Positions 52,169 through 61,250 of a DNA stretch of 64,000 bases are shown here, one piece after another. This DNA is from Escherichia phage bumzen: sequence record MN850635.1; one strand, written 5' to 3'. The notes under the pieces are model-generated. The model was not told where the DNA came from and did no database searches. It saw nothing but the letters and a program-made list of their open reading frames with translations. The position numbers were made by a program, and so were the translations under genes. Each line of letters begins with the position of its first letter. Position 1 is the first letter of the stretch.

Positions 52169-52573
52169 ATGGCTATTAATAACCGTGAATTATCAATCTT
52201 AAAAGCACGTTTGACCGTTAACCGGATTAATGTTATCACGTCATCAGCGCCTGATGAGACATTGCACAACATTATCGGGAAGATTCAAAGCGTTATCTTA
52301 GACGTTGAAAACGTAAAAAAATCATTGGCTGACGTTGCATCAGGTATCACGCTAGACGGCGCACAATATGAAATGGCTGACATGTTAGGCAAATCAAAGA
52401 TAATGAATAAAGAGCTTGATTTAAAAATGTTTCGATTTGCTGTTAAAGTATGGCTATCCGTCGAGTATGACGCTAATTTTGCAATCGCTGATTTCTTTGC
52501 CACTTGGTTACAACGTAATTTGACAAATCACGATTTTCGTGATGTCTGTGATGCAATTTATGCAGAACTCTAA
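52169..52573 (+). CDS. hypothetical early protein
   Basis: Start placed at ATG 52169 matching the conserved leader-to-ATG spacing (track ORF starts at TTG 52154). Confidence 0.5.
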   Translation: MAINNRELSILKARLTVNRINVITSSAPDETLHNIIGKIQSVILDVENVKKSLADVASGITLDGAQYEMADMLGKSKIMNKELDLKMFRFAVKVWLSVEYDANFAIADFFATWLQRNLTNHDFRDVCDAIYAEL

Positions 52574-52581
52574 AAATTTTG

Positions 52582-52610
52582 TTGACACCGGTTTTTAGAT
52601 AGATTAAATT
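52582..52610 (+). promoter_or_regulatory. family-B promoter cassette
   Basis: TTGACA - 17 bp - TAAATT, then leader hairpin ggggagggaatgaccttcccc. Confidence 0.6.
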
Positions 52611-52673
52611 ACACATCAACGGGGAGGGAATGACCTTCCCCACTAAGTAAAGTCCTAAACTGGAGATTCTAAA

Positions 52674-52877
52674 ATGGCTATTATTAACGGTTTAAACATT
52701 GAAACTACACACATCAAAGATATCAAAGTTGGCGATATAGTCCTTTCCCACGGCGTAGAAAAAACTGTCACTACAAAGGATATCAAAGAGGATTCTTTCA
52801 TGGGTAGGACTCTCTTCGGTGATTCTTATTGCTTAGGGTATCTTGCAGTCTTAAAAGTTGTCAAAAATAACAAATAA
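52674..52877 (+). CDS. hypothetical early protein
   Basis: 67 aa; N-terminus MAII. Confidence 0.5.
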   Translation: MAIINGLNIETTHIKDIKVGDIVLSHGVEKTVTTKDIKEDSFMGRTLFGDSYCLGYLAVLKVVKNNK

Positions 52878-52882
52878 AGTAC

Positions 52883-52911
52883 TTTACAAGGGGCTTATAG
52901 TTCGATAAAGT
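52883..52911 (+). promoter_or_regulatory. family-A promoter cassette
   Basis: TTTACA - 17 bp - TAAAGT with palindrome; near-identical to cassette at 50033. Confidence 0.55.
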
Positions 52912-52964
52912 AAGCCCCAGATAAAGAGCTTTACCACTTAATCCTTAAACTAGGAGATTCAAAA

Positions 52965-53531
52965 ATGAAATGCTATCACGGCACTACTCTGAAAAACTTT
53001 GTAAACCTGCTTAAAGGTGGCGACAAGCCGGAAGGTATCTGGAACTGCTCTTACATGGATGATTGTTTTTACGTTTACCCGATGGATAAGATTATCAAGA
53101 CGGGATGCCTGGAAGATGAAGAAGTCTCTTACATCCGTGAACGCTGCATGCAAAACGCTTTAGAGTCGGGGCTTATTACGGCAGCTTTCCAAATGGAAAC
53201 GCAGGAAGTGATTGTAATTGAGATGGATATCCCAGAGGAAGAACTTGAGGACGATTATTCTTGTGACAACATGAGCGAAATCGCCAGCTTTACCGGTTAC
53301 TTTGATAAAGATTGGATTATCGGTATTCACTCAACGAAATTTAGTGCAATGTATGCGCCATTCTTTGTACCTGATACAACTAACCGCAATTTGGGCTATA
53401 TTGACGATGATTTGTTGAGTATTGCAAAAATTGTACAGAATAGCGGGGATACTTCTTCTGTGTTTTGTGACCTGCTGGATAAAATTACCGAGAATCTCAC
53501 AGAGCGCAATCTAAGCGACTTTTTAGACTAA
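52965..53531 (+). CDS. hypothetical early protein
   Basis: 188 aa, acidic. Confidence 0.5.
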   Translation: MKCYHGTTLKNFVNLLKGGDKPEGIWNCSYMDDCFYVYPMDKIIKTGCLEDEEVSYIRERCMQNALESGLITAAFQMETQEVIVIEMDIPEEELEDDYSCDNMSEIASFTGYFDKDWIIGIHSTKFSAMYAPFFVPDTTNRNLGYIDDDLLSIAKIVQNSGDTSSVFCDLLDKITENLTERNLSDFLD

Positions 53532-53594
53532 GTAGTACAAAGACACTAATTTCCAACTTAAGGCCTATACAGGGCCATTTAAGAGGCTTAAATC

Positions 53595-53828
53595 ATGCTT
53601 ACAACCGTTTATCTTATCCTTTCTATATGTAATGGTCATTCATGTGATTTTAAAGGGCTTGAGGAGTTTACAGGGAGTAAAGAAAATGCTATTCAAGTTT
53701 GCCAGATAGCAAGACAAGACTATCCCGCCAGTGATGATATTCAATGCTACTTTAAGACAGAAGATGAAGACGGCGTCTATTTTGACAGTGTCGATGGTCA
53801 ATATGAAATTATCATTGAAAAAGACTAG
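53595..53828 (+). CDS. hypothetical early protein
   Basis: 77 aa; N-terminal hydrophobic stretch. Confidence 0.45.
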   Translation: MLTTVYLILSICNGHSCDFKGLEEFTGSKENAIQVCQIARQDYPASDDIQCYFKTEDEDGVYFDSVDGQYEIIIEKD

Positions 53829-53854
53829 ACAAGCCTGATAAAAGTCTGTAAATT
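53826..53854 (+). promoter_or_regulatory. family-B promoter cassette
   Basis: TAGACA - 17 bp - TAAATT, then leader hairpin ggggagggaatgaccttcccc. Confidence 0.5.
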
Positions 53855-53919
53855 GTCAATCAACGGGGAGGGAATGACCTTCCCCACTAAATAAAGTCCT
53901 TAAACTAGGAGATTCTAAA

Positions 53920-54261
53920 ATGGCTTATGTAACTGTAATTACCGATAAAGAAGATTCATCTTGGTCAACTCAAGTAAGTGATAAGATGTCACCTATGCAG
54001 TGCCTAAAATACTTTGAGCAGTGGAACAAAGGCGAGGATGTCAGCCCCTTTCAAGTGATGCAGATTATTCATGTAGACAATGAAGGGAAGAAAACGACTC
54101 TGAACAGTGAGTACTATGCGAGCCGCTTCGAAACGAGAAGTAAAACAATGAAGCTTCTACGTGAATCCGGTTATTCTCATATTGCCGCGCTAATCTGGGA
54201 TGACCTGCTAAAAAACCAACGTATCAGCTACGTAAAACCTGAAAAAATATTCATCAGTTAA
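53920..54261 (+). CDS. hypothetical early protein
   Basis: 113 aa. Confidence 0.5.
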   Translation: MAYVTVITDKEDSSWSTQVSDKMSPMQCLKYFEQWNKGEDVSPFQVMQIIHVDNEGKKTTLNSEYYASRFETRSKTMKLLRESGYSHIAALIWDDLLKNQRISYVKPEKIFIS

Positions 54262-54390
54262 TCAATAACTTACAAAAAACTTTTTAAAAAGTATTGACAA
54301 TACCCCTTGACATTGGTAAATTTGTTCGAGGGGGTTTATCTAAAAGGGATTCACTTAAAAGATTCTTTATAGATAGACTTAAAAAATTGC

Positions 54391-54419
54391 TTGCAATCAG
54401 CTATCAAAACAAGTAAATT
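54391..54419 (+). promoter_or_regulatory. family-B promoter cassette
   Basis: TTGCAA - 17 bp - TAAATT, then leader hairpin ggggaggcaataacatcccc. Confidence 0.5.
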
Positions 54420-54481
54420 ACTAATCAACGGGGAGGCAATAACATCCCCACTAAATAAAATCCTAAACTGGAGATTCTAAA

Positions 54482-55012
54482 ATGAACAAATTTCAAGCTA
54501 TCAACCACATTCGTTCAAATAGTGTCATGTCTAAGCCTGTAAAAGACACATACGAATTTCGCTGCAATGGTGTACACTTTGCAACCATCACCAAATCAGA
54601 AAACGGAGCTTATTATGTACATCGTCGTAATGTTGCAACCGTTGTAGTCTCTCACTTTATGCAAGCTGTAGCGGAATTATTGCCGTTATTCTTAGAGATT
54701 TACTTAGATGAGTGTAAAAACGTTCGTAACCACGTTAAAAACCTTTTAAACGGCTATAAAATGGCTTATGAGCGTTCTATCCAGAATCTTAACAAGTTCT
54801 ATAAAGCCCCTGAAAACTCTGTTGCTTCAGCCTATGGCGTAGGCGGTTGGACTGTTAGTCTCTTCGAAGTGGAAGAAATCGAGCTTTACGACCATCGACC
54901 TAGCGGTTACTCTAAGACACTGGGAGAAGGTTTATCTTTCAATATCAAGAACTTAGAAAAAACTTTAAAAGATATTGAAAAAGATATTGACGAAACAATC
55001 AAAAGTCTGTAA
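54482..55012 (+). CDS. hypothetical early protein
   Basis: 176 aa. Confidence 0.5.
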   Translation: MNKFQAINHIRSNSVMSKPVKDTYEFRCNGVHFATITKSENGAYYVHRRNVATVVVSHFMQAVAELLPLFLEIYLDECKNVRNHVKNLLNGYKMAYERSIQNLNKFYKAPENSVASAYGVGGWTVSLFEVEEIELYDHRPSGYSKTLGEGLSFNIKNLEKTLKDIEKDIDETIKSL

Positions 55013-55015
55013 ATT
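54987..55015 (+). promoter_or_regulatory. family-B promoter cassette (overlaps 3' end of previous gene)
   Basis: TTGACG - 17 bp - TAAATT; -10 contains stop codon of 54482-55012. Confidence 0.55.
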
Positions 55016-55091
55016 GTCAATCAACGGGGAGGGAATGACCTTCCCCGCTAAACAAAACCCTTAATCAACTTCCTAAACTGGAGATTCTAAA

Positions 55092-55340
55092 ATGGCTACT
55101 ATCCGCGCAACTGTTAACGAATTTGGCTTCTACTCTCTGGACGTTAAATTTGACCTTGTAGGTACTGATAACGCCTTTGAAATGGTGAAAGGCCTTATCA
55201 GCCAGACCATCAGTGACTACAACCCCTCTGATGAATTCTGGAAAGAAACAAAAGAGGAAGTTCTTAAAGATGGTTACACTTTTCACTATTGGGGAGAAAA
55301 AATCGTCTCCCTGTACTACAACAAACAAGGTTGCAACTAA
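55092..55340 (+). CDS. hypothetical early protein
   Basis: 82 aa; last gene of array. Confidence 0.5.
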   Translation: MATIRATVNEFGFYSLDVKFDLVGTDNAFEMVKGLISQTISDYNPSDEFWKETKEEVLKDGYTFHYWGEKIVSLYYNKQGCN

Positions 55341-55392
55341 TCGACGCAGCGGGGCTAAATAGCCCAGATACCTTTATACAGCCCCTTAAATG

Positions 55393-55420
55393 GGGCTTTT
55401 TGCATCCTATCGAATCCTTA
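55393..55420 (+). terminator. rho-independent terminator ending the plus-strand array
   Basis: cagcccc-ttaaat-ggggct then ttttt. Confidence 0.6.
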
Positions 55421-56971
55421 TACAATCCCTTTCCCTTTCCTTTCTAGAATCTTATCAGACCTTAAAAAGCAATAACTTTACAGCCTTTTACTAAGTCAAT
55501 TAATTGGCCTTATTAATAAGCCCTTAAACATAAGCCAATAACCCCAGAAAGGGGGCAACCCATTTAAACGCCATATAAAGCCCTATAACGGCCTTTTTAA
55601 CCTAACTTAAGGGATTGCATTACCTCACCCTTAAAAGCCCTTTATAAAGCTTCACAGAGCCTTAAAAGAATCTTATAAGGGTGTAAGCTTTATTATCTCG
55701 TTAGCTATCTTGTGAACTACTAAACAACCCCCTTGATAGTAACTGAAAAGTATGTTATAGGGGCTTTAAAGTTACTTTGAAGTAGCTTAAGAGTTACGTA
55801 AATGCTAGCCCCCTTAACATTTTCTTAACAATTTCTTAACAATCCCTACATAGTTATGCTTGTTAGAGACTTGTTAGCCCCTTGTTAAATCTCTGTTAAG
55901 ACCACGTAAAAGCCTTGTAAGAACCTTTGGCATAGCCTTAAAAGCCCCTGAAAAGCCCTATAAAGAGCTATCCATACAGTTGAGGGGTAAATACTAGGAA
56001 GAGACTTAAAAGGGCTTATAAGGGGCTATAGAGAGCTTTTAAGAGGTATGTTTAGAGATTCACTAAGAGGGAAAGGGAACGATAAGAAAAGAGATAGTGA
56101 CCATGTTAATAGCTTGTTAAAAAGATTAAACACTTGTTAGAGACTTGTTAATTATCTTAACAAAATAACTCTTAACATTTAACTACTTAGCTCTTGTTAG
56201 TCATCTGTTAAGATTCTGTAAAGACTATTCAGCACTTGTTAGAAAACTGTTACATCCTTGTTAGTTCTGTTAAGAATCTGTTAAGACCTTTGAAGAGTTG
56301 TTAAGAAGATGTAAGGACTGTTAAGAGATTGTTAAGGATATTTTAAAATTTTGCAAAGTACTTGTAAGGGAGCTGTTAAGGGCTACCAAGCAGATATACA
56401 TCCTAGACAGATATTTTTCAGTTCCTTCAAAGACCCTAAAAAATGACTTGATAGTCCTATTTTATAAAAATTTTAAAATTCTGAATAATTACCTATACAG
56501 TCTTTTAAAAATACAGGTAGAAACAGGCTTACAAGATACCTTGTTAGTACCGTGTTAGACCTTGTGAGGTAAGGTCTGTAAAGATATTCCTGTTAAGTTT
56601 GTTAAAACAGTCTATATAGAGGCTTAGTATTACCTAGTGAACACCTATAGAGAGTGTCATAGCTAACCTAGAGATTAAGAGGTGTATAGGAGCTTCTAAG
56701 AGGGTGTAGAGGGATGGTTAAGGTGATTGTATAGGTGGTTAAGAGGGCTTGTTAGAAGAGTGTTTAGAAGGCTATTTAGAAGGGCTATACAGAGGGCTAT
56801 TAAGACCACTAGATAGTTACTAAGATACTATATAGTACTATATAACTATATAGAGAGTAAGATTAAGAAGGTTGTTAAGAAGGATAGATATTTTATTCAC
56901 ATATGATGGTGACCCAGAGGTTGGGACAACCGATAAAATTTTATAAAAATTATAAATTTCGTAAATTTTAC
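55421..56971. repeat. 1.55 kb ORF-free region with dense short direct repeats
   Basis: More than 30 same-orientation copies of YTGTTARR (cttgttag, ctgttaag, ttgttaaga) at 55.85-56.9 kb plus gccttaaaagc / gccctataaag motifs at 55.5-56.05 kb; no ORF of 60 aa or more on either strand. Confidence 0.8.
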
Positions 56972-57002
56972 TCAATAAAAAGCCCCCAATTAAGGAGGCT
57001 CT
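56972..57002 (-). terminator. rho-independent terminator (minus strand)
   Basis: Minus strand agcctcc-ttaattg-ggggct then ttttt, just 3' of gene 57013-57564. Confidence 0.5.
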
Positions 57003-57012
57003 TAAGATATTT

Positions 57013-57564
57013 TTAAACCAATGTTTCCAGAACTGTTCTTAATGATGGCTTGGTTGTCTGATAAAAATGAGTGAATCCATTGTTGTTATCAAATACCTGC
57101 ATCATGATATCATCTCCCTTGATTGGGTAAACTCGGATATCATAGTGAAAACCATTAAAGACACAAGAACCACTACAGAATGCTCTAAAGTCATCCACTG
57201 AGATGTACTCTTCATGACCTGTGATTTTTATACAAACACCTTTACTCGGCCTCTTAGGGTTGATATCTTCCATCACAGACATACTCTGTCCACCAAGAGA
57301 TACCATAGTGACCACTTTACGGTTCTTCTGTTTAAAGTGCATCTTAACTTTCTGTAAAGTGTCTTCATAGAACGGATAAGACTTCTCTACAAAGATTCCT
57401 TCAAGTGGCTTTTTACCATTTACAGTCTCTCTATTATGCCGTACTGCAAAGATAAGTTGTCTTAGTATGTCGAGACTTTCTTCGGAGAGTGCTTCTCGAA
57501 TATCACTCCAGTCAAGGACTAGGTAGTTACCTTCAACATCTTTTACATCTTTAAAAACTTGCAT
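57013..57564 (-). CDS. hypothetical protein
   Basis: 183 aa ORF. Confidence 0.5.
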   Translation of the reverse strand: MQVFKDVKDVEGNYLVLDWSDIREALSEESLDILRQLIFAVRHNRETVNGKKPLEGIFVEKSYPFYEDTLQKVKMHFKQKNRKVVTMVSLGGQSMSVMEDINPKRPSKGVCIKITGHEEYISVDDFRAFCSGSCVFNGFHYDIRVYPIKGDDIMMQVFDNNNGFTHFYQTTKPSLRTVLETLV

Positions 57565-57618
57565 ATTCGCTACCTTCTAAGCTTCTACAAAGGGGATATC
57601 AAGTAACCCCTCAAGTTA

Positions 57619-57843
57619 CTACTCAGACTTTTCAGTCTTCTTATCGGATTTCTTACTAGTCTTCTTCTCAGCTTTCTGTTCAGGTTCCTTCTCAGAAGTT
57701 GCCTTGATAACCATATCAAGAAGCTCTGATAAATCACTCTTCAGCAAAGTAACAGGCTGCTCGTTGTAGAAGTTTTTGTCAAGATAAACTTTAAACTCTT
57801 CTATAGAAGGAAATCCAAAAATTGGTACAGGTGTTTTAATCAT
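57619..57843 (-). CDS. hypothetical small protein with basic C-terminus
   Basis: 74 aa ORF. Confidence 0.4.
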   Translation of the reverse strand: MIKTPVPIFGFPSIEEFKVYLDKNFYNEQPVTLLKSDLSELLDMVIKATSEKEPEQKAEKKTSKKSDKKTEKSE

Positions 57844-57919
57844 TACTTAGTCTCTCCATAGGCATCTTTTAAGATTGCCTTGTTAATCATTTCAGCGATT
57901 GCAAAACGAACACATACAG

Positions 57920-58465
57920 CTATAATTGTAGGTTGCATTCTTTACTTACCTCTTCAAGTTTAACCTCAGAATCCTTAAGTCGTTTCTTATGAACTCTGAA
58001 CCTTATTAGTGAGATGATAATACCAGCTAAAGGAACAGCATACAAGTACCAGATATCATGTATCTTTGTAGTAATCTGTGTAGTAATCTGTGTAATGGTC
58101 AAATCTTGAGCTATGCAGCTAATTGCTGATACTGCCAGTAACGTTGCTAAGAAGAACGCCAGTACCATAACAATACTTAGGCAACCTCTGGCATGGTGTT
58201 CATGCTTAATACACTTATTCTTTTCGTCAACAACCCTGTTGTAGTCATTTGCAAAGTCTCTGTAGAAAGCTTTCAGGTATTCTTGAGTGTAGCCTTCAAA
58301 GCAACCTGTACCATACCAATAATCACCACCAAAATGTGCTATGATACCAACCTCTCCATTTGGTTTCGTCACTCTTAAAGAAGTATGATGGCAAGTATCC
58401 TGAAAATCTATCTTGTATCTTTCTTCGTAAATCATTTTCCAACCCCTCTCAATCGTTTGTTCCAC
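57920..58465 (-). CDS. membrane protein
   Basis: 181 aa; two C-terminal hydrophobic segments. Confidence 0.45.
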   Translation of the reverse strand: MEQTIERGWKMIYEERYKIDFQDTCHHTSLRVTKPNGEVGIIAHFGGDYWYGTGCFEGYTQEYLKAFYRDFANDYNRVVDEKNKCIKHEHHARGCLSIVMVLAFFLATLLAVSAISCIAQDLTITQITTQITTKIHDIWYLYAVPLAGIIISLIRFRVHKKRLKDSEVKLEEVSKECNLQL

Positions 58466-58650
58466 TCAAGGTCAACAAGTCTTTGCAGGACTTTCCCTCT
58501 AGGTGTTACGCCTTTTAAATCTGCATCATAGCAACGGTAAAAGTCACCTTCAGCGTGCTTACCATAGCATTTTCTGATATTCTGGCTTCTACGATACTGT
58601 TCTAACAGGGAAAGTTTGTAGTAATCTTCAACTGTAGTTAACTTTTTCAT
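58432..58650 (-). CDS. hypothetical small protein
   Basis: 72 aa ORF overlapping neighbour start. Confidence 0.35.
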   Translation of the reverse strand: MKKLTTVEDYYKLSLLEQYRRSQNIRKCYGKHAEGDFYRCYDADLKGVTPRGKVLQRLVDLEWNKRLRGVGK

Positions 58651-58733
58651 TCTTTTACCATGTCTCTTATCTAGAAACTAAAAAGGGAACTACCTCTCGA
58701 TAGCTCCCATCATAATCAGTTTTGTATACTCGG

Positions 58734-59315
58734 TCAAGAGTATTTTTTAGGCAGTAATGCACTGCGCTTGTTACTCTCTTCACTCAATAGTGCGATAAAA
58801 TCATCACTTTTACCTTTCCACGGGCTGAATGAAGGGATATGTTCACGGATAGCCTCGATAACCGTCTTAAGTGCTGTGTTCTTCATCCACCAATCAGGGT
58901 CTGCTGATGCTACCACGTAGTACCCACCGTCATCAGTTAAAATCGGCTCTGAAATACATGGTGAAATCAAAGTGGTGATGATTGAGCCATTGTTCATGTA
59001 ATATGTACGCTTAATAACCTTTTCAAGAAGCTTGTGGAGGTCACCAAACAGTGTTACAAGTTCTTTATGGTCAATATCTTTTTCAAGACTAGCTCGATAC
59101 TTCAAAAGTGCAGCATCAACTTCTCTGTCATTAAACTTGAAGTACTGGACTTCATCAACAAGGCAGGCACTAATGTTATTAACATTCATAGTCAACTTGC
59201 AAACTTTTGCAGGGGAATTGATACTTGGTTGAAAAAGTGCAACACACCCTTCAATGTTTCCAAAATGTTGAACTAGTGTTACTTGTGGAATGATATCCTG
59301 TTGCTCTTCGGACAT
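58734..59315 (-). CDS. hypothetical protein
   Basis: 193 aa ORF. Confidence 0.5.
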   Translation of the reverse strand: MSEEQQDIIPQVTLVQHFGNIEGCVALFQPSINSPAKVCKLTMNVNNISACLVDEVQYFKFNDREVDAALLKYRASLEKDIDHKELVTLFGDLHKLLEKVIKRTYYMNNGSIITTLISPCISEPILTDDGGYYVVASADPDWWMKNTALKTVIEAIREHIPSFSPWKGKSDDFIALLSEESNKRSALLPKKYS

Positions 59316-59659
59316 TACAGTTTCCTCATTAAATACTTTTTAAGTTGTGTGTTAGGTTTCTCAAAAACTTCTATAGAAGATATCTTGACAGCTTCACCAC
59401 GCATACCTGTATGTTTGAATATATAATACTCTAACATCCCTATGTACTTTGCTGGTAAGTCATATTTGACATACACCGTCACAGAATCTTCAAATTCAAC
59501 GACCTTTGTACCATCTTTGTAGTTAAACTCTTTAGGATGGTTGTAGTTGTCTATGTCGTACATTAAAAAGAGTCTTTTACGTTGTAAGTCAAGCTTATTT
59601 GTTAAAGACTCTTTGATATCTGAGAAGTTTTTGTACACTGTGACATGGAGCTTACTCAT
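59315..59659 (-). CDS. hypothetical protein
   Basis: 114 aa ORF, overlapping stop/start with neighbours. Confidence 0.45.
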   Translation of the reverse strand: MSKLHVTVYKNFSDIKESLTNKLDLQRKRLFLMYDIDNYNHPKEFNYKDGTKVVEFEDSVTVYVKYDLPAKYIGMLEYYIFKHTGMRGEAVKISSIEVFEKPNTQLKKYLMRKL

Positions 59660-59945
59660 CGTTAAACTCTCTGACGAAGAAATAGTTGACTTTGTTATTA
59701 CCTACCATAAGGTCAAAGCAGGTATTCTCAAAAGGTTTGTTGTAGGCATCATATGAAACATATGGGTCAGCTACTTGCTTAGTGCTTAACTTCTTACTTG
59801 ATGGGTTTAAGAGGCCACCATACAGTTTCTTGATAGCCTCTTCTACAACAGACCAGATGATTTCGTCAGTAATTTCTTCGTACAGGTCAAGTTCACGCTC
59901 TAGTGAGAAGTCACAAATAGGGAAAATAACCTGCACTTTACTCAT
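59652..59945 (-). CDS. hypothetical protein
   Basis: 97 aa ORF. Confidence 0.45.
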   Translation of the reverse strand: MSKVQVIFPICDFSLERELDLYEEITDEIIWSVVEEAIKKLYGGLLNPSSKKLSTKQVADPYVSYDAYNKPFENTCFDLMVGNNKVNYFFVREFNDE

Positions 59946-60343
59946 TAACGGATAACCTGTGTGACTTGAATTGCTTCAGTTACTGACAAGTCACCTACTT
60001 TCTCTTCTTTGATAAAAGTGAAGGTGAGTTCAACAGGCTCTTGCTCTTCTTGCTCAACTGGAACACCGTTAAGCTCATCAAAGATTGATTGAGTTGTCCA
60101 GTCTTCTCCACCATCTGGATAGTGGATTGCGTAAAGAGGGAACTCTAAATCAAACCAACCAAATACAGGACAACCGTCTTCATCATCTCGTACTCGATGA
60201 AGTGTGCTTCCAGACCCTGTAAACTGAAGGAATAAATCTCCGTTGCACTTGTATATTACTGCGTCGGCAAAACCAATGTCTTCTCGACCATCATGACCAA
60301 ATGTGTCCACCTTTACTTGGATATCTCTAACATCTTTATTCAT
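59945..60343 (-). CDS. hypothetical acidic protein
   Basis: 132 aa ORF. Confidence 0.45.
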   Translation of the reverse strand: MNKDVRDIQVKVDTFGHDGREDIGFADAVIYKCNGDLFLQFTGSGSTLHRVRDDEDGCPVFGWFDLEFPLYAIHYPDGGEDWTTQSIFDELNGVPVEQEEQEPVELTFTFIKEEKVGDLSVTEAIQVTQVIR

Positions 60344-60734
60344 AAAAACCTCTCTCTGCTTGTTCGATTTTTGCTTTTAGAACTTCACACCGTTCAATGT
60401 GATATCTGGCTTCATGCTCATGTGTCGCCAAAGTTCTTTCAAGAATGGTTTTATAGTAACCTGCAAGTTGCTCTCTTGTCAATGGGTTCTCTGAAATAAT
60501 ATCGAGACCACTTTCACCTAGAGTATTAAACTGTCCATGCTCATTTACATGGTAAGTTTCAAACTTGAATAAACCATTATTAGCAGACTCAATAGGCGAT
60601 AGTTCAACCAACTCAACAGTAAACCTTGTATGTACCCTATCTCCAACTGTAACAACGTTACTTCCAATGATACGTACAAGCGAGCCGTTACGAGTGTACT
60701 TAAAAGTTCCAAAGTCACTAGCCCAAAGCTTCAT
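60336..60734 (-). CDS. hypothetical protein
   Basis: 132 aa ORF; aaggag RBS on minus strand. Confidence 0.5.
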   Translation of the reverse strand: MKLWASDFGTFKYTRNGSLVRIIGSNVVTVGDRVHTRFTVELVELSPIESANNGLFKFETYHVNEHGQFNTLGESGLDIISENPLTREQLAGYYKTILERTLATHEHEARYHIERCEVLKAKIEQAERGFYE

Positions 60735-60750
60735 AGTTTTCTCCTTAGAA

Positions 60751-60776
60751 AATAAAAAAGGCTCCCGAAGGAGCCT
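60751..60776 (-). terminator. hairpin with UUCG loop followed by U-tract (minus strand)
   Basis: Minus strand aggctcc-ttcg-ggagcct then tttttt, between endolysin and next gene. Confidence 0.6.
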
Positions 60777-60785
60777 ATGAAGATA

Positions 60786-61250
60786 TTACTTTGGATATAC
60801 ACTGTCAAGATAAATGTCAGCTTCCATTCTACGTCTGTTTTTCAGGCCGTTTGAAGTGACCTTCTTACCTTTCACTGTAACCTTGTTCCACCACTGCATA
60901 GCTTCTGCACAACCTACCTTATTACCAGCATTGTGGCGCTTGATAAATGTAGAATCCTGCATAGCTGTGATGCCGATGTTGTATGTTTCACTTACAAGTG
61001 CATCAAACTCGTTCTGAGAAGTTGGAACCTTGATGGCTTTGTTCACTGCTGCAACGAACTTTTCAACATCTGCAAGAAGATACTGTTCAGCTTGTTCAGC
61101 GGTAATCTTCATACCCATCTTAACAGGCTTCCCACCAATACGAATTGTCCCATACCCGATTGTAGGGATTCCGGCAGAGTCTTCGTAAGCCTCTAACTTC
61201 AGACCTTCAAAGAACTTAATAGCTTCTAAACCTTTTCTTGAGAGTTGCAT
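60786..61250 (-). CDS. endolysin, GH24 lysozyme family
   Basis: N-terminal EGLKLEAYEDSAGIPTIGYG matches the Glu-Asp-Thr catalytic motif of T4/lambda-type lysozymes. Confidence 0.8.
   Translation of the reverse strand: MQLSRKGLEAIKFFEGLKLEAYEDSAGIPTIGYGTIRIGGKPVKMGMKITAEQAEQYLLADVEKFVAAVNKAIKVPTSQNEFDALVSETYNIGITAMQDSTFIKRHNAGNKVGCAEAMQWWNKVTVKGKKVTSNGLKNRRRMEADIYLDSVYPK

Noticed and set aside
55421-56971. Possible CRISPR array in the repeat-rich non-coding region
   Set aside because: Repeats are only 8-10 bp, degenerate and irregularly spaced with no unique spacers of uniform length and no cas genes nearby.
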